From Eubacteriales bacterium (lineage in GTDB: Bacteria > Bacillota > Clostridia > Oscillospirales > CAG-272), in contig JAZOMF010000084.1 in assembly GCA_045653805.1 (NCBI GenBank), positions 1,691 to 65,690 of the forward strand: a DNA stretch of 64,000 nt, given 5' to 3'. Shown here one piece after another: positions 46,709 through 55,903 of this stretch. The notes under the pieces are model-generated. The model ran no database searches and had not been told where the DNA came from. It worked only from the letters and a program-made list of their open reading frames with translations. The position numbers and the translations under genes are program-made. Within the stretch, counting starts at the first letter, position 1, and every line of letters begins with the position of its first letter.

Positions 46709-46930
46709 TTGAATCTATACAAAAGAGCGCTTGAATTAAAAGACGAGATCATTCTCCACCGCAGATTTTTTCACAAAAATGCGGAAACGGGATTTGATAT
46801 CCCGATTACAAAACAATATATATTCTCTGAATTGTCAAAGCTCGGCATTGTTGCATTCAACGAGGATGCACTTCCCAAGGGCAGTGCCTTACTTTCACAC
46901 TGTGCCGTCCGTTTTCTCGAAACACATTGA
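46709..46930 (+). pseudogene. 5' remnant of an M20-family amidohydrolase/peptidase gene
   Basis: GGAGG + TTG start. LYKRALELKDEIILHRRFFHKNAETGFDIPITKQYIFSELSKLGI resembles the first roughly 55 aa of M20D amidohydrolases. Similarity is then lost and a stop follows after 73 codons (full length would be about 390 aa). Confidence 0.55.
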
Positions 46931-46988
46931 AAAACCTTGACTTTTTGCATACTCTATGCTATATTGAAACTATATAAACAACTGTAAA

Positions 46989-47336
46989 ATGGAGACACAT
47001 ATGGAAAGCATCAACAGATATGATTATGAGCAAATGACCGCGCAAACACGCGACGATCGTATGACTTGGTTCCGCGAGGCGCGCTTCAGCATATTCATCC
47101 ATTATGGTCTCTACTCTACTTTGGGCACTGGCGAATGGTCGCAGGCTAACGAAAACTATACTCGTGAAGAATACGCCGCGCTTGCTAAAAGCTTTGCCCC
47201 TAAAGATGGCTGTGCTCTCGAATGGTGTGAGCTTGCGAAAAAAGCAGGCGCTAAATACGCTTACCGCTGTTTCCGCAGCTACTATCCGCAAATCCACCAA
47301 GGAACAGATTTTTCCGAAGGATATCATAAGTGGTAA
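46989..47336 (+). pseudogene. 5' remnant of a GH29 alpha-L-fucosidase gene
   Basis: RMTWFREARFSIFIHYGLYSTLGTGEW...LAKKAGAKYA matches the GH29 N-terminus. Homology breaks right after AKYA and the frame stops at 115 codons (full length would be more than 400 aa). Confidence 0.65.
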
Positions 47337-47416
47337 GAATAAAAACGGACAAGGCCATAGAGCGTTAGCGGTGGAAGGAGCCTACGTGACTTTGAACACA
47401 GATTAACTTCATTGTC

Positions 47417-47467
47417 GCGCGCTCTCCCTCAGTCAGCTTCGCTGACAGCTCCCTCCCGGAGGGAGCC
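47417..47467 (-). repeat. Two-hairpin intergenic repeat, copy C
   Basis: The reverse complement is AGGCTCCCTCCGGGAGGGAGCTGTCAGCGAAGCTGACTGAGGGAGAGCGCG. It is identical to copy A except within hairpin 2. Confidence 0.8.
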
Positions 47468-47494
47468 TGCACTGCCCCTTTTCTGCCCATATAA

Positions 47495-47536
47495 ATAAAA
47501 CTCCCATAAACCGTTTGAGGTCTGTGGGAGTTTTTT
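47495..47536. terminator. Bidirectional terminator (fbp / gene-remnant region)
   Basis: ACTCCCATAAACC-GTTTGA-GGTCTGTGGGAGT (13-bp stem with 2 mismatches), flanked by AAAA and TTTTTT. Confidence 0.6.
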
Positions 47537-47617
47537 GTTGCTGCAATTTCTCCGTTAAGAACAACAGAGGAATTGCTCGTTTCTTTTTTATTATTGATAA
47601 TACTTAATCTACGAATT

Positions 47618-49579
47618 TTAATATTGACCCGCCTGTTTAACCGTACCTTCAAGATAAGCCTCCAAAAGCATCTTCAAGTCCTCCATATGAGCGAGTATCT
47701 CCTTACCCTCATCGGTATCACTTACAAGCCTTCTCTTCGCCATCGTTTCAAAAACCACATCTTTGGCGGCTATAATATCCTTATTTTCCTTTAGCGCCAC
47801 TTCCTTACCGTCAAACTGACCGTGTGAAACAAGCCTTAATCCTCTCGAAGAATAGATGAGAGTGTAGCCCGCGATACCCGTCTTGTTATGGTACGCCTTG
47901 CAAAACCCGCCGTCGATAAGAATGTAACGTCCGTTTGCCTTAATGGGGTTTTCTCCGCTTACAACAGGGATGTGACCGTTTATGATGTGAGAGCTGTTTC
48001 GATCAAGCCCAAATTCCTCAAGAATTCGGCACATAGCATCAAAATCGTCCACAAATCCATAATAAGGGTCTCGATTTTCCTTCCATGTGTTTTTCTCCGC
48101 CACAAAGTAACGCTCAAAGGTGGTCATCTTGTCCTTGCCGAAGAGAGGACTTTTTCTGCCGCACCAGAGGTAGTACATAAAATCAAGTGAATTTTCGTCC
48201 TTCTCGTAGAATGCGCGTCTCGCCCTTCTGTCGCAGGCGTCCATATACGCTCTGCCCGAAAGCTTACCCTTACCAAATACATCTACTTCGGAAAGAGCGC
48301 CATCCTCGGTCATAGGCACACAACCGTGATACAAAAGGTTGTTATTATGTATTTTATAGATTCCGCCTACACTATACATAAACGCAATATGCTTTTGTAG
48401 CACTCTGCTTTGTCTAAATGCGGAAACCAGCGAATCCATAAGACTCCTTTCCTCATGTGAGAGGGCGTAGGGGTCATTTCTATCTATGGTTGGGAAATGA
48501 TAATCGTTGAGAGGATAGACCTTACCGCCTATCTCAACAGTGTGCGCATCATAATCAATTCTGTGCAAAAGGCGTCTATCATCCATTTCATATTCGGGAT
48601 GTCTCTCTATAAGTTGACCCTCAAGCTTGAAAAGGATAATAGCGATAGCCTTGTGGGCCTTGGACAAATTGTCCATATTACTCTTGATATAATACTTATC
48701 GTCGCCGTTTCTGGGCATAAACCAGGTACAACCCTTGTAGGTTTCTTGAGCATATCCAATAAGGTCGCGCAGACTTATTCCATAAGTGTTTTCTATTATT
48801 GAGAGGGTGTTATATTGTATAGCGGTATTAAGGACCGCCGCAATACAGGCCTGACTTCCTGCCGCCGCGCCCATCCACACAATATCGTGATTTCCCCATT
48901 GAATGTCCACGTTATGATGAACTCTCAGCATATCAAGTATCTTATCTGCTCTGGGGCCTCTATCATAAATATCGCCCACAACGTGGAGGCAGTCCACCGC
49001 CATGCGCTTGACAAGTCCGCAAAGCGCCTCAATAAACGCCGCACCCTGACCAATATCAATTATAGTCGAGATAATGTGGCGGTAATATTCTTGCTTATTA
49101 TGCTCCTCGCCACTGGTATGCAGCAGCTCGTCGATTATGTATTGGAAGTCGTCGGGAAGTGCGCCACGCACCTTTGCACGGGTATACTTGGATGCAACCG
49201 CTCTGGCAAGATCAACCAAACGGTAAAGGGTGATACTGTACCATTCCTCGGTGTCACTGCCCTCCTCTCGCAGTTCTGCCAGCTTTTCGTTGGGGTAGTA
49301 AATAAGTGTGCAAAGCTCACGTCTCTCATTCTCCGACATTGAGCGATAGAAAAGACCATCCACTTTCTCGCGTATGACTCCCGAGCAGTTGTTCATTATG
49401 TGATCGAATGCCTCCGCCTCGCCGTGAAGGTCACTCAAAAAATGCTCTGTGCCCTTTGGCAGATTTGCCGTGGCATTATAATTGATTATCGCCGAGCTTA
49501 CCGATTGTATCGTGGGATATTCGTGGGAAAGGAGCGCGAGCATTTTTAGCTGCTCTGCAGAATAGATTCTTTTCTTCAT
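47618..49579 (-). CDS. fbp: Fructose-1,6-bisphosphatase, class 3
   Basis: About 653 aa with LPKGTEHFLSDLHGE, GDIYDRGP and GNHD metallophosphatase motifs, in the Firmicute FBPase III layout. ATG 49579 has GGAGG 7 nt upstream. Confidence 0.93.
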   Translation of the reverse strand: MKKRIYSAEQLKMLALLSHEYPTIQSVSSAIINYNATANLPKGTEHFLSDLHGEAEAFDHIMNNCSGVIREKVDGLFYRSMSENERRELCTLIYYPNEKLAELREEGSDTEEWYSITLYRLVDLARAVASKYTRAKVRGALPDDFQYIIDELLHTSGEEHNKQEYYRHIISTIIDIGQGAAFIEALCGLVKRMAVDCLHVVGDIYDRGPRADKILDMLRVHHNVDIQWGNHDIVWMGAAAGSQACIAAVLNTAIQYNTLSIIENTYGISLRDLIGYAQETYKGCTWFMPRNGDDKYYIKSNMDNLSKAHKAIAIILFKLEGQLIERHPEYEMDDRRLLHRIDYDAHTVEIGGKVYPLNDYHFPTIDRNDPYALSHEERSLMDSLVSAFRQSRVLQKHIAFMYSVGGIYKIHNNNLLYHGCVPMTEDGALSEVDVFGKGKLSGRAYMDACDRRARRAFYEKDENSLDFMYYLWCGRKSPLFGKDKMTTFERYFVAEKNTWKENRDPYYGFVDDFDAMCRILEEFGLDRNSSHIINGHIPVVSGENPIKANGRYILIDGGFCKAYHNKTGIAGYTLIYSSRGLRLVSHGQFDGKEVALKENKDIIAAKDVVFETMAKRRLVSDTDEGKEILAHMEDLKMLLEAYLEGTVKQAGQY

Positions 49580-50034
49580 TTTTTCCTCCACAACAAAATA
49601 CTGTTAATTGTAGCGTTAATTATATTATAGCACATTTATCGGCTTTTTCTATGGACTATCTTATACTTATGAGTAAGTTTTAGCACAAAATTACACTTTT
49701 AAAGGGTTTTCAAGTATTGACTTATGTAATCAATAATATTTATACACTCTTAGTAATATAATACCACAACTTTTCCGGATTTTCAAGACAATTTGCTCGA
49801 AAAATCCGCCAAAAATTCCCATTAATTTTGCGCCCATGCGTTTCAAGGTCTCAGATGACCGCTCGCGTGCGCAAAAAAACCATCTCTACCAAGAGTAGAA
49901 TTACATTTTCCAAGGTAGAATTCTTTGTTTTTCTCGTAGACTGTCACCATCCAACTGTTCCTTGACTCCACTCGCTCGTTGGTATAAAATACTTCATGTA
50001 ACATAAAACGAAAAAACAGGAAAGGAATAGCACT

Positions 50035-50994
50035 ATGGCACACACAAAGCCAAAAGAGACGATACCCGTATTCTTTGCAGTTGACGACAACTATGCCGCG
50101 CTGCTCGGCGTAGCCCTGCAATCGCTGATCGGCAACAGCAGCCCGGAATACGAATACAGCATACACGTGCTTATAGAAGATATATCCGAGGAAAACGCAT
50201 CGAAAATTTTGAAAATGCAGCAGGACAACATCAAAATAAGCTTTATAAGCGTTTCGGAAAGACTGCGCGGCATATATCAGAAGCTGCACCTGAGAGATTA
50301 TTACACCAAGACCACCTACTACCGCTTTTTTATTCCCGAGCTGTTCCCACAGTTCGAAAAAGGACTTTATCTCGATTGCGACATTATAATCAACACCGAT
50401 ATAGCAGAGCTTTATAACACCGAGCTGGGTGACAGCTATATCGCCGCCATACCCGAGGAATTTATCACCGACGTTGAGGTTTTCGGCATATATTCTGAGA
50501 AGGCTCTGGGCGTCCCTCGCAACGAATATATCAACGCCGGAATTCTCGTGATGAACCTTGATCTTCTGAGGCGCGAGAGGCTACAGGAGCAATTCGCATC
50601 ACTTTTGGAAAGAGTTCAGTACCGTGTGGCGCAGGATCAGGATTATCTTAACGTGATCTGCAAAGGCAAGACCGTGATATTGGAAAAGGAATGGAACCGC
50701 ACCCCCATGCCCTACGCCGACACCGCAATCATACCTAAAATAGCCCACTACAAGATCAATTTCAAGCCTTGGAAATTCGATAACGTCCCCTTTGGCGATC
50801 TGTTTTGGAAATACGCCGAAAAAACCTGCTATTACGAGGAGCTTTGGGTGGGCAAAGAAAATTACAGTGACGAGCTGAAGCTCAGAGATAAAAAGCAATA
50901 CGAGGAGCTGGTCCGTCTGACACTGACAGAAATAAACGAAAAGGAGAGAGAGAAAGAGATATTCGATAACGCGATGCTCTTTGCAGTCAACTGA
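50035..50994 (+). CDS. GT8-family glycosyltransferase
   Basis: IPVFFAVDDNYAALLGVALQSL, YYRFFIPELF and LYLDCDIIINTDIAELY (DxD) motifs. Confidence 0.88.
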   Translation: MAHTKPKETIPVFFAVDDNYAALLGVALQSLIGNSSPEYEYSIHVLIEDISEENASKILKMQQDNIKISFISVSERLRGIYQKLHLRDYYTKTTYYRFFIPELFPQFEKGLYLDCDIIINTDIAELYNTELGDSYIAAIPEEFITDVEVFGIYSEKALGVPRNEYINAGILVMNLDLLRRERLQEQFASLLERVQYRVAQDQDYLNVICKGKTVILEKEWNRTPMPYADTAIIPKIAHYKINFKPWKFDNVPFGDLFWKYAEKTCYYEELWVGKENYSDELKLRDKKQYEELVRLTLTEINEKEREKEIFDNAMLFAVN

Positions 50995-50995
50995 T

Positions 50996-51853
50996 ATGCC
51001 GATATCCGACGAAACACAACGAATACTTGATAAAATAGCAGATTACGAGAGGCGCGGACTTTTCGACCGTGACGTAAACGACGATCCCCCCACGATTCCC
51101 CTGCGCCCCAGCGAGGTGGACTATCTTGGCGAAGGTTTTTTATCGCGTATTGGAACCGGGATAGCAAACGCCTTGGGGGAGCAGCACTTCAAGAAAATGA
51201 TGAAGCGCGGCGACGTGGTGCTCAAAGAGATCAGAGGACAGGAAAATCTCAAAGCGGTAGGCGAGAGCGGCGCGCTCATCACCTGCAATCATTTCAGTGT
51301 TTTCGATAACTACGCCGCGTTGAAGGCAGTTGAGCCTATCCTCAAAAAACGAATTCTATACAAGGTCATAAGAGAGGGTAACTACACCTCCTTCCCCGGG
51401 CTTTACGGCTATCTCTTCCGCCACTGCAACACTCTTCCCCTCTCCTCGAACATAAGCTGTCTCAAGGAGCTTATGTCGGCAATGCGAACTCTATTTGCCC
51501 GCGGAGAGAAGATCCTGATCTACCCCGAGCAGGGCATGTGGCCGGGGTACCGCAAGCCCCGTCCCCTGAAGCTTGGCAGCTTCCGCTTTGCGGCAAAGGA
51601 AAATGTGCCCGTCCTCCCGCTTTTCATCACTCTTGAGGACACCGACAAAACGGGAGCTGACGGACTGCCGGTGCAGGCATATACCGTTCACGTCCTCCCC
51701 GCAATATTCCCTGACGAGGGGCTTTCCCTACGCGAAAACACCGAGAGAATGTGCCGTGAAAACTACAGACTTTGGAAGGAGACCTACGAATCCTTTTACG
51801 GAATAAAGCTGGAATACACCACCGAGGGCGAGGTTGATCCATGCTCTATCTGA
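50996..51853 (+). CDS. PlsC-family (lysophospholipid-type) acyltransferase
   Basis: HX4D motif ITCNHFSVFDN and an IYPEQG block. The ATG lies 2 nt after the GT8 stop. Confidence 0.8.
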   Translation: MPISDETQRILDKIADYERRGLFDRDVNDDPPTIPLRPSEVDYLGEGFLSRIGTGIANALGEQHFKKMMKRGDVVLKEIRGQENLKAVGESGALITCNHFSVFDNYAALKAVEPILKKRILYKVIREGNYTSFPGLYGYLFRHCNTLPLSSNISCLKELMSAMRTLFARGEKILIYPEQGMWPGYRKPRPLKLGSFRFAAKENVPVLPLFITLEDTDKTGADGLPVQAYTVHVLPAIFPDEGLSLRENTERMCRENYRLWKETYESFYGIKLEYTTEGEVDPCSI

Positions 51854-52416
51854 TAATCATTTTCATAACCATCATGGCTACGGTAGGGGGCAATCTGCTT
51901 CTGTCCCCTCCCGTGACCCCCGAAAAGGCGGGAGCGGCATTATTCGCTACCGCGCTTGGTGCTCTCGCGGTATTTTTGATAGATGCGATCTCGGCTCTCA
52001 TCATCCGCCGACTGACCCCCAAAAAGCTATATCTTCCCTCCAAAAAGATATTTAAGGTCGGTAAAAGAGAGAGAAATTTTTACCGCGCCATTAAGATAAA
52101 GGCATGGAAGGATCTCGTCCCCGAGCTTGGCGGATTTACAAGCTTTCACAAGGATAGGCTGGAAAGCAACAGCGACGCGGAATATCTGGAGCGATTTATA
52201 ATCGAGGCAAATTACGGCGTGGTCATACATTTAGCCAACGCTCTCCTGGGTTTTCTGATATTATTTATTCCACTTTGCTCCTCACCCACAATATGGATAC
52301 CCATCTTTGCCGTAAATTTCGTGTTAAGCATTCTGCCCGTATTCATTCTTCGCTACACCCTTTACACTCTGCAAAATCTCTACCCGAGAGCCGCGAAAAG
52401 AAAGGGTGACCAATAA
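51841..52416 (+). CDS. Small polytopic membrane protein, possibly CrtO-like glycosyl-lipid acyltransferase family
   Basis: FKVGKRERNFYRAIKIKAWKDLVPELGG...EYLERFIIEANYGVVIH resembles my recollection of S. aureus CrtO. It overlaps the upstream gene by 13 nt. Confidence 0.5.
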   Translation: MLYLIIIFITIMATVGGNLLLSPPVTPEKAGAALFATALGALAVFLIDAISALIIRRLTPKKLYLPSKKIFKVGKRERNFYRAIKIKAWKDLVPELGGFTSFHKDRLESNSDAEYLERFIIEANYGVVIHLANALLGFLILFIPLCSSPTIWIPIFAVNFVLSILPVFILRYTLYTLQNLYPRAAKRKGDQ

Positions 52417-52446
52417 AAAAAGCGTTGCAACCGCAACGCTTTTTTT
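52415..52446. terminator. Bidirectional terminator
   Basis: AAAAAA-AGCGTTGC-AACC-GCAACGCT-TTTTTT. Confidence 0.7.
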
Positions 52447-53068
52447 ATTTTTTAGGCTTCTTAAACATCATCGACCAAAGTATTATCACGATCTGCCCGG
52501 GAACTCCCAGCACGTAAAGCTGCCAGAGATCCCTACCGGCGAACATAATAACGGTAACGTGTACCGCTATTATCAAGGTCCACATCAGCAGCGTTATAAT
52601 GGGATAGTTTCGTCTGCGATTGAACCAGATCGAATTGAGCACAAGCCACACCAAGGCAGAAAGGCAAGGCGCGTACACCAAAGCCAGCCAATGACCGATC
52701 ACACCCTCGGTAGAGAGGTCAATTGCAAAAAACACAGACAGGGCAATTATCCACACCAAAACCACGCTTATTCCGGTAATGGTAGCGTGCGCTCTGGTCT
52801 TTTTTCTGACCAGCATGCGCTCCCTTTCCGCATCCTCTGCGGTGGGAAGTGCATCGTGGCCGTCTGTAATAAGATAGTCCACCGTAACGCCGAACAGGTC
52901 CGCCATCTGTTTCAGTACCATAATATCGGGAACAGACTCTCCACGCTCCCACTTTGATACAGATTTGTCCGAATAATTGAGCTTTTCGGCAAGCTCTATC
53001 TGAGTCATTCCACTTCCCTTGCGCAGAAGCGTGATGTTTTCCGCAATTATTGATTTAATATCGTCCAA
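52445..53068 (-). CDS. XRE-family HTH regulator fused to a four-helix membrane domain
   Basis: The N-terminal LRKGSGMTQIELAEKLNYSDKSVSKWERGESVP is an HTH_3 motif, followed by 4 hydrophobic segments. TTG start with AAGGAGG 7 nt upstream. Confidence 0.85.
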   Translation of the reverse strand: MDDIKSIIAENITLLRKGSGMTQIELAEKLNYSDKSVSKWERGESVPDIMVLKQMADLFGVTVDYLITDGHDALPTAEDAERERMLVRKKTRAHATITGISVVLVWIIALSVFFAIDLSTEGVIGHWLALVYAPCLSALVWLVLNSIWFNRRRNYPIITLLMWTLIIAVHVTVIMFAGRDLWQLYVLGVPGQIVIILWSMMFKKPKK

Positions 53069-53091
53069 GAGCCCACCTCCTTAAATAAATT

Positions 53092-53535
53092 TTACGAATT
53101 TTTGTTGCGCGATCTCTTCAATCTTCGCGAAATAGCACCGCGAAGCCTCTGAACTATCTTTCTGGGCAAAAATCCCATCACTCTTCTGCGGCAATAGAAT
53201 TTGTAGCTGAAGCTATCAAGCTTCATTTTTTCCTCGCCTCTCCAGACCTCCGTCAGCTTGCCGAGAATATCCTTATCGGTAATTGCCCGCTCCAGCTCAA
53301 CACAGTTATCTCCGCAAAAGATATAGGAATCGGGCAACACCTTAACCACGCGGTGCAAAACGTATTTTTCACCCACACGGTATAGTGCAACATCATACTT
53401 TTTAAGTCTTTCCTTGACGGGCACCACTGCCACCGTGTCGAGCCGCTCGTGTAGCATAGGCTCCATACTGTGACCCACAACACAACTGACGTACACACCC
53501 TCCTCGGAAAGCACCTTTTCAATATTCTTATACAT
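53092..53535 (-). CDS. Stand-alone S24/S26-type serine peptidase domain protein
   Basis: VVGHSMEPML (Ser motif) and a later Lys in VLHRVVKV. There is no DNA-binding domain, and the C-terminal tail is basic. Confidence 0.7.
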   Translation of the reverse strand: MYKNIEKVLSEEGVYVSCVVGHSMEPMLHERLDTVAVVPVKERLKKYDVALYRVGEKYVLHRVVKVLPDSYIFCGDNCVELERAITDKDILGKLTEVWRGEEKMKLDSFSYKFYCRRRVMGFLPRKIVQRLRGAISRRLKRSRNKNS

Positions 53536-53541
53536 ATTAAA

Positions 53542-53808
53542 TTAAAGCTCTACAAAGCCTTGCTCTACAAGGTCTTTTATGATGTTATTAACGTCACCTT
53601 CCACTCTTTCTCTGTCCACGTCGTACTTGGCAAAGAGCATGTCACAAATCTCGCTTTTGGAGAATCCTGTTTCTATGCACTTCCAAACATCGGCGGCAGT
53701 GGAATTAAGCTTTACCATTCCTCGAAAGCTTTTGCTCGCCGCTCCAACCGCAACCACTACATAGCTACCCATGACCGAGCGTAAAACAAATCCGTCTTTA
53801 ATTTTCAT
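53542..53808 (-). CDS. PqqD-family (RRE-like) small protein
   Basis: 88 aa. MKIKDGFVLRSVMGSYVVVAVG...LNSTAADVWKCIETGFSKSEICDMLFAKYDVDRERVEGDVNNIIKDL follows the PqqD-family pattern. AAGGAGG RBS. Confidence 0.75.
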   Translation of the reverse strand: MKIKDGFVLRSVMGSYVVVAVGAASKSFRGMVKLNSTAADVWKCIETGFSKSEICDMLFAKYDVDRERVEGDVNNIIKDLVEQGFVEL

Positions 53809-53843
53809 AGCAAAAGCCTCCTTGGAGTAATTTGAATTTTTTA

Positions 53844-55622
53844 TCAGTTGAGAGCTTCAAACTCCTCGAGAGCCGCCTTAAAGGAAGCCATGCAAGAGTT
53901 GAATGCATCCATTTTGGTAAGGTCAACGCCCGCAAGCTTGAGAAGCTCTACGGGGCTGTCACTTCCGCCGGAAGAGAGGAATTTGAAGTAATCCTCAACA
54001 GCGACCTCACCCTCGTTGTAGATTCTCTCGGCGATGGATACCGCAGAGATAATACCTGTTGCATACTTGTAAACGTAGAAGCCTCTATAGAGGTGGGGGA
54101 TTCTCGCCCACTCGTAAGCAATCTCGGGGTCGCTTACAACGCTTCTGCCGTAATATTTCTTGTTAAGGTTATAGTAGACCTCGTTGAGAGAATCCTTGGT
54201 AAGAGGCTGACCCTTCTCTGCCATATCGTGAGCAATGTACTCAAACTCCGCAAACTGAGTCTGGCGGAAGAGAGTGCCCTTAAGCATATCCATATAATAG
54301 GAAAGAAGATACTTCTTAAGCTTCTCGTCGGTGGTGGTCTTCATAAGGTACTTGAGAAGGAGCACCTCGTTAACTGTGGAAGCGACCTCGGCTACGAAGA
54401 TCTTGTAGCTTGCCTTCTCCTGAGGCTGATTCTTCTCGGAGAAGTAGGAGTGCATAGCGTGACCCAGCTCGTGAGCAAGAGTGAATACGTCACCGGTGGT
54501 CTTCTGGTAGTTAAGAAGAACGTAGGGGTGAGGACAGCCGTAAACGCTGGCACTATACGCGCCGCTTCTCTTGCCGTCGGTCTCCTCAACGTCGATCCAA
54601 CCGTTATCATGGGCAGTTTGGAGAAGAGTCTGATACTCTGCGCCAAGGGGAGCGAGACCCTCCTTAACTATTCTGAAAGCCTCCTCGTAGTCCACCTTGA
54701 TCTCGGCATCCTCTATGGGAGAAACGTATACGTCATACATATGAAGAGACTTAAGACCCATAAGCTTCTTCTTGTCTCTGTAATAGCGGTGAAGCAGGGG
54801 CAGACCCTTCTTAACGCTCTTGAGAAGGTTCTGGTATACCTTTACGCTAACGTCCTCGCTATCAAGCGCCTTTTCAAGAGAGGAATTGTACTTTCTTGCA
54901 CGAGCAAGGAATACGTCCTTATCAACGTTGCCAACGTAAGCGGCGGTGATGGTATTAATAAGACCGATATAAGCGTTATAATAAGCGCGGAACGCATCGC
55001 GGCGAACCTTTCTGTCGGGAGAGTGCAAAAGCACGCCGTAGGTACCGTGTGTAAGCTTTACCTTCTCTCCGTTCACCTTGATGGTGGGGTAGGGGAAGTC
55101 GGCGTTGTCCACCATTGTGAACACCTGTCTGAAGCCATCGAAGATCTTGCTTTCCTGCGAAAGAAGTGCCTCGATCTCCTTGGAGAGCACGTGGGGCTTT
55201 CTCTTGATGATCTGACGGATGGTGTAATCGTAATCCTTAAATCTCTCGTCTGCCGCGAACTTCTCGAGAGTCTCGGTGGGGAGTGCGGTCAATTCGGGGT
55301 CAATGTATGCGATATTGCCCATCAGCTTCATTTCAAGGGTATCAAGACGGGAAAGAAGCGCCGCAAATTCGCTCTTTCTGGTGTCCTCGTCGTGTCTCAT
55401 AAACGCGTAAAGACCGAGAAGGCTCAATTCCTTCGCTACGGCGTTCACACCCTCAAGGCACTCGAGCAAAAGCTCGGGATTGGAGAGCTTGCCCTCGTAC
55501 TGCGAGAAATCAAGCTTTTCCGCCACGGCATCGTAGCTTGCATTCCAAGCCTCAACGCTTTCAAATATATCCTCAATTCTCCACTTAAGATTGGTGGGGA
55601 CTAATTCTCTTTCTTTTGCCAT
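53844..55622 (-). CDS. pepF: Oligoendopeptidase F (M3B)
   Basis: 592 aa with the HELGHAMH zinc motif and a PepF-like sequence throughout. ATG 55622 has GGAGG upstream. Confidence 0.93.
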   Translation of the reverse strand: MAKERELVPTNLKWRIEDIFESVEAWNASYDAVAEKLDFSQYEGKLSNPELLLECLEGVNAVAKELSLLGLYAFMRHDEDTRKSEFAALLSRLDTLEMKLMGNIAYIDPELTALPTETLEKFAADERFKDYDYTIRQIIKRKPHVLSKEIEALLSQESKIFDGFRQVFTMVDNADFPYPTIKVNGEKVKLTHGTYGVLLHSPDRKVRRDAFRAYYNAYIGLINTITAAYVGNVDKDVFLARARKYNSSLEKALDSEDVSVKVYQNLLKSVKKGLPLLHRYYRDKKKLMGLKSLHMYDVYVSPIEDAEIKVDYEEAFRIVKEGLAPLGAEYQTLLQTAHDNGWIDVEETDGKRSGAYSASVYGCPHPYVLLNYQKTTGDVFTLAHELGHAMHSYFSEKNQPQEKASYKIFVAEVASTVNEVLLLKYLMKTTTDEKLKKYLLSYYMDMLKGTLFRQTQFAEFEYIAHDMAEKGQPLTKDSLNEVYYNLNKKYYGRSVVSDPEIAYEWARIPHLYRGFYVYKYATGIISAVSIAERIYNEGEVAVEDYFKFLSSGGSDSPVELLKLAGVDLTKMDAFNSCMASFKAALEEFEALN

Positions 55623-55671
55623 TTTATTTTCCTCCGTAAAATTAGGGCACATATCGCCCAAGATTAGTTAA

Positions 55672-55700
55672 ATTATAACATACCCCGCCCGCTTTTTCAA
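55672..55700 (-). promoter_or_regulatory. Sigma-A-type promoter upstream of pepF
   Basis: Minus strand TTGAAA (55700-55695), 17 nt, TATAAT (55677-55672). Confidence 0.55.
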
Positions 55701-55811
55701 CCCCTAAAAATGAAAAAAGTGCGAAAATGCCACTTTTTTGCACTAAAAACCCATCACTTTTCGCATTTTTCTTGAATTTCACTCAACAATGGTGAAAAAT
55801 CGTCAAATGTC

Positions 55812-55840
55812 TTGACGGACATTGGTTTTTGTGGTATAAT
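55812..55840 (+). promoter_or_regulatory. Sigma-A-type promoter upstream of asnA
   Basis: TTGACG (55812-55817), 17 nt, TATAAT (55835-55840). Confidence 0.6.
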
Positions 55841-55903
55841 AACGCATATCTTTTAGTTAGTTAAAAAATTGCACCCAAAAAGTGCAACATGCTCGGAGCA
55901 TCT

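Noticed and set aside
47365-47652. 95-aa minus-strand ORF
   Set aside because: It runs through repeat copy C and a bidirectional terminator, and overlaps the fbp 3' end. No RBS or family resemblance.
49843-50289. 148-aa minus-strand ORF overlapping the GT8 gene start
   Set aside because: It is antisense to a well-supported GT8 gene for half its length. The remainder lies in an AT-rich promoter region, with no RBS.
55662-55903. T-box or other riboswitch upstream of asnA
   Set aside because: The leader from the predicted promoter is only about 60 nt. It contains one small hairpin (TTGCAC-CCAAAAA-GTGCAA) and has no T-box sequence or specifier structure.
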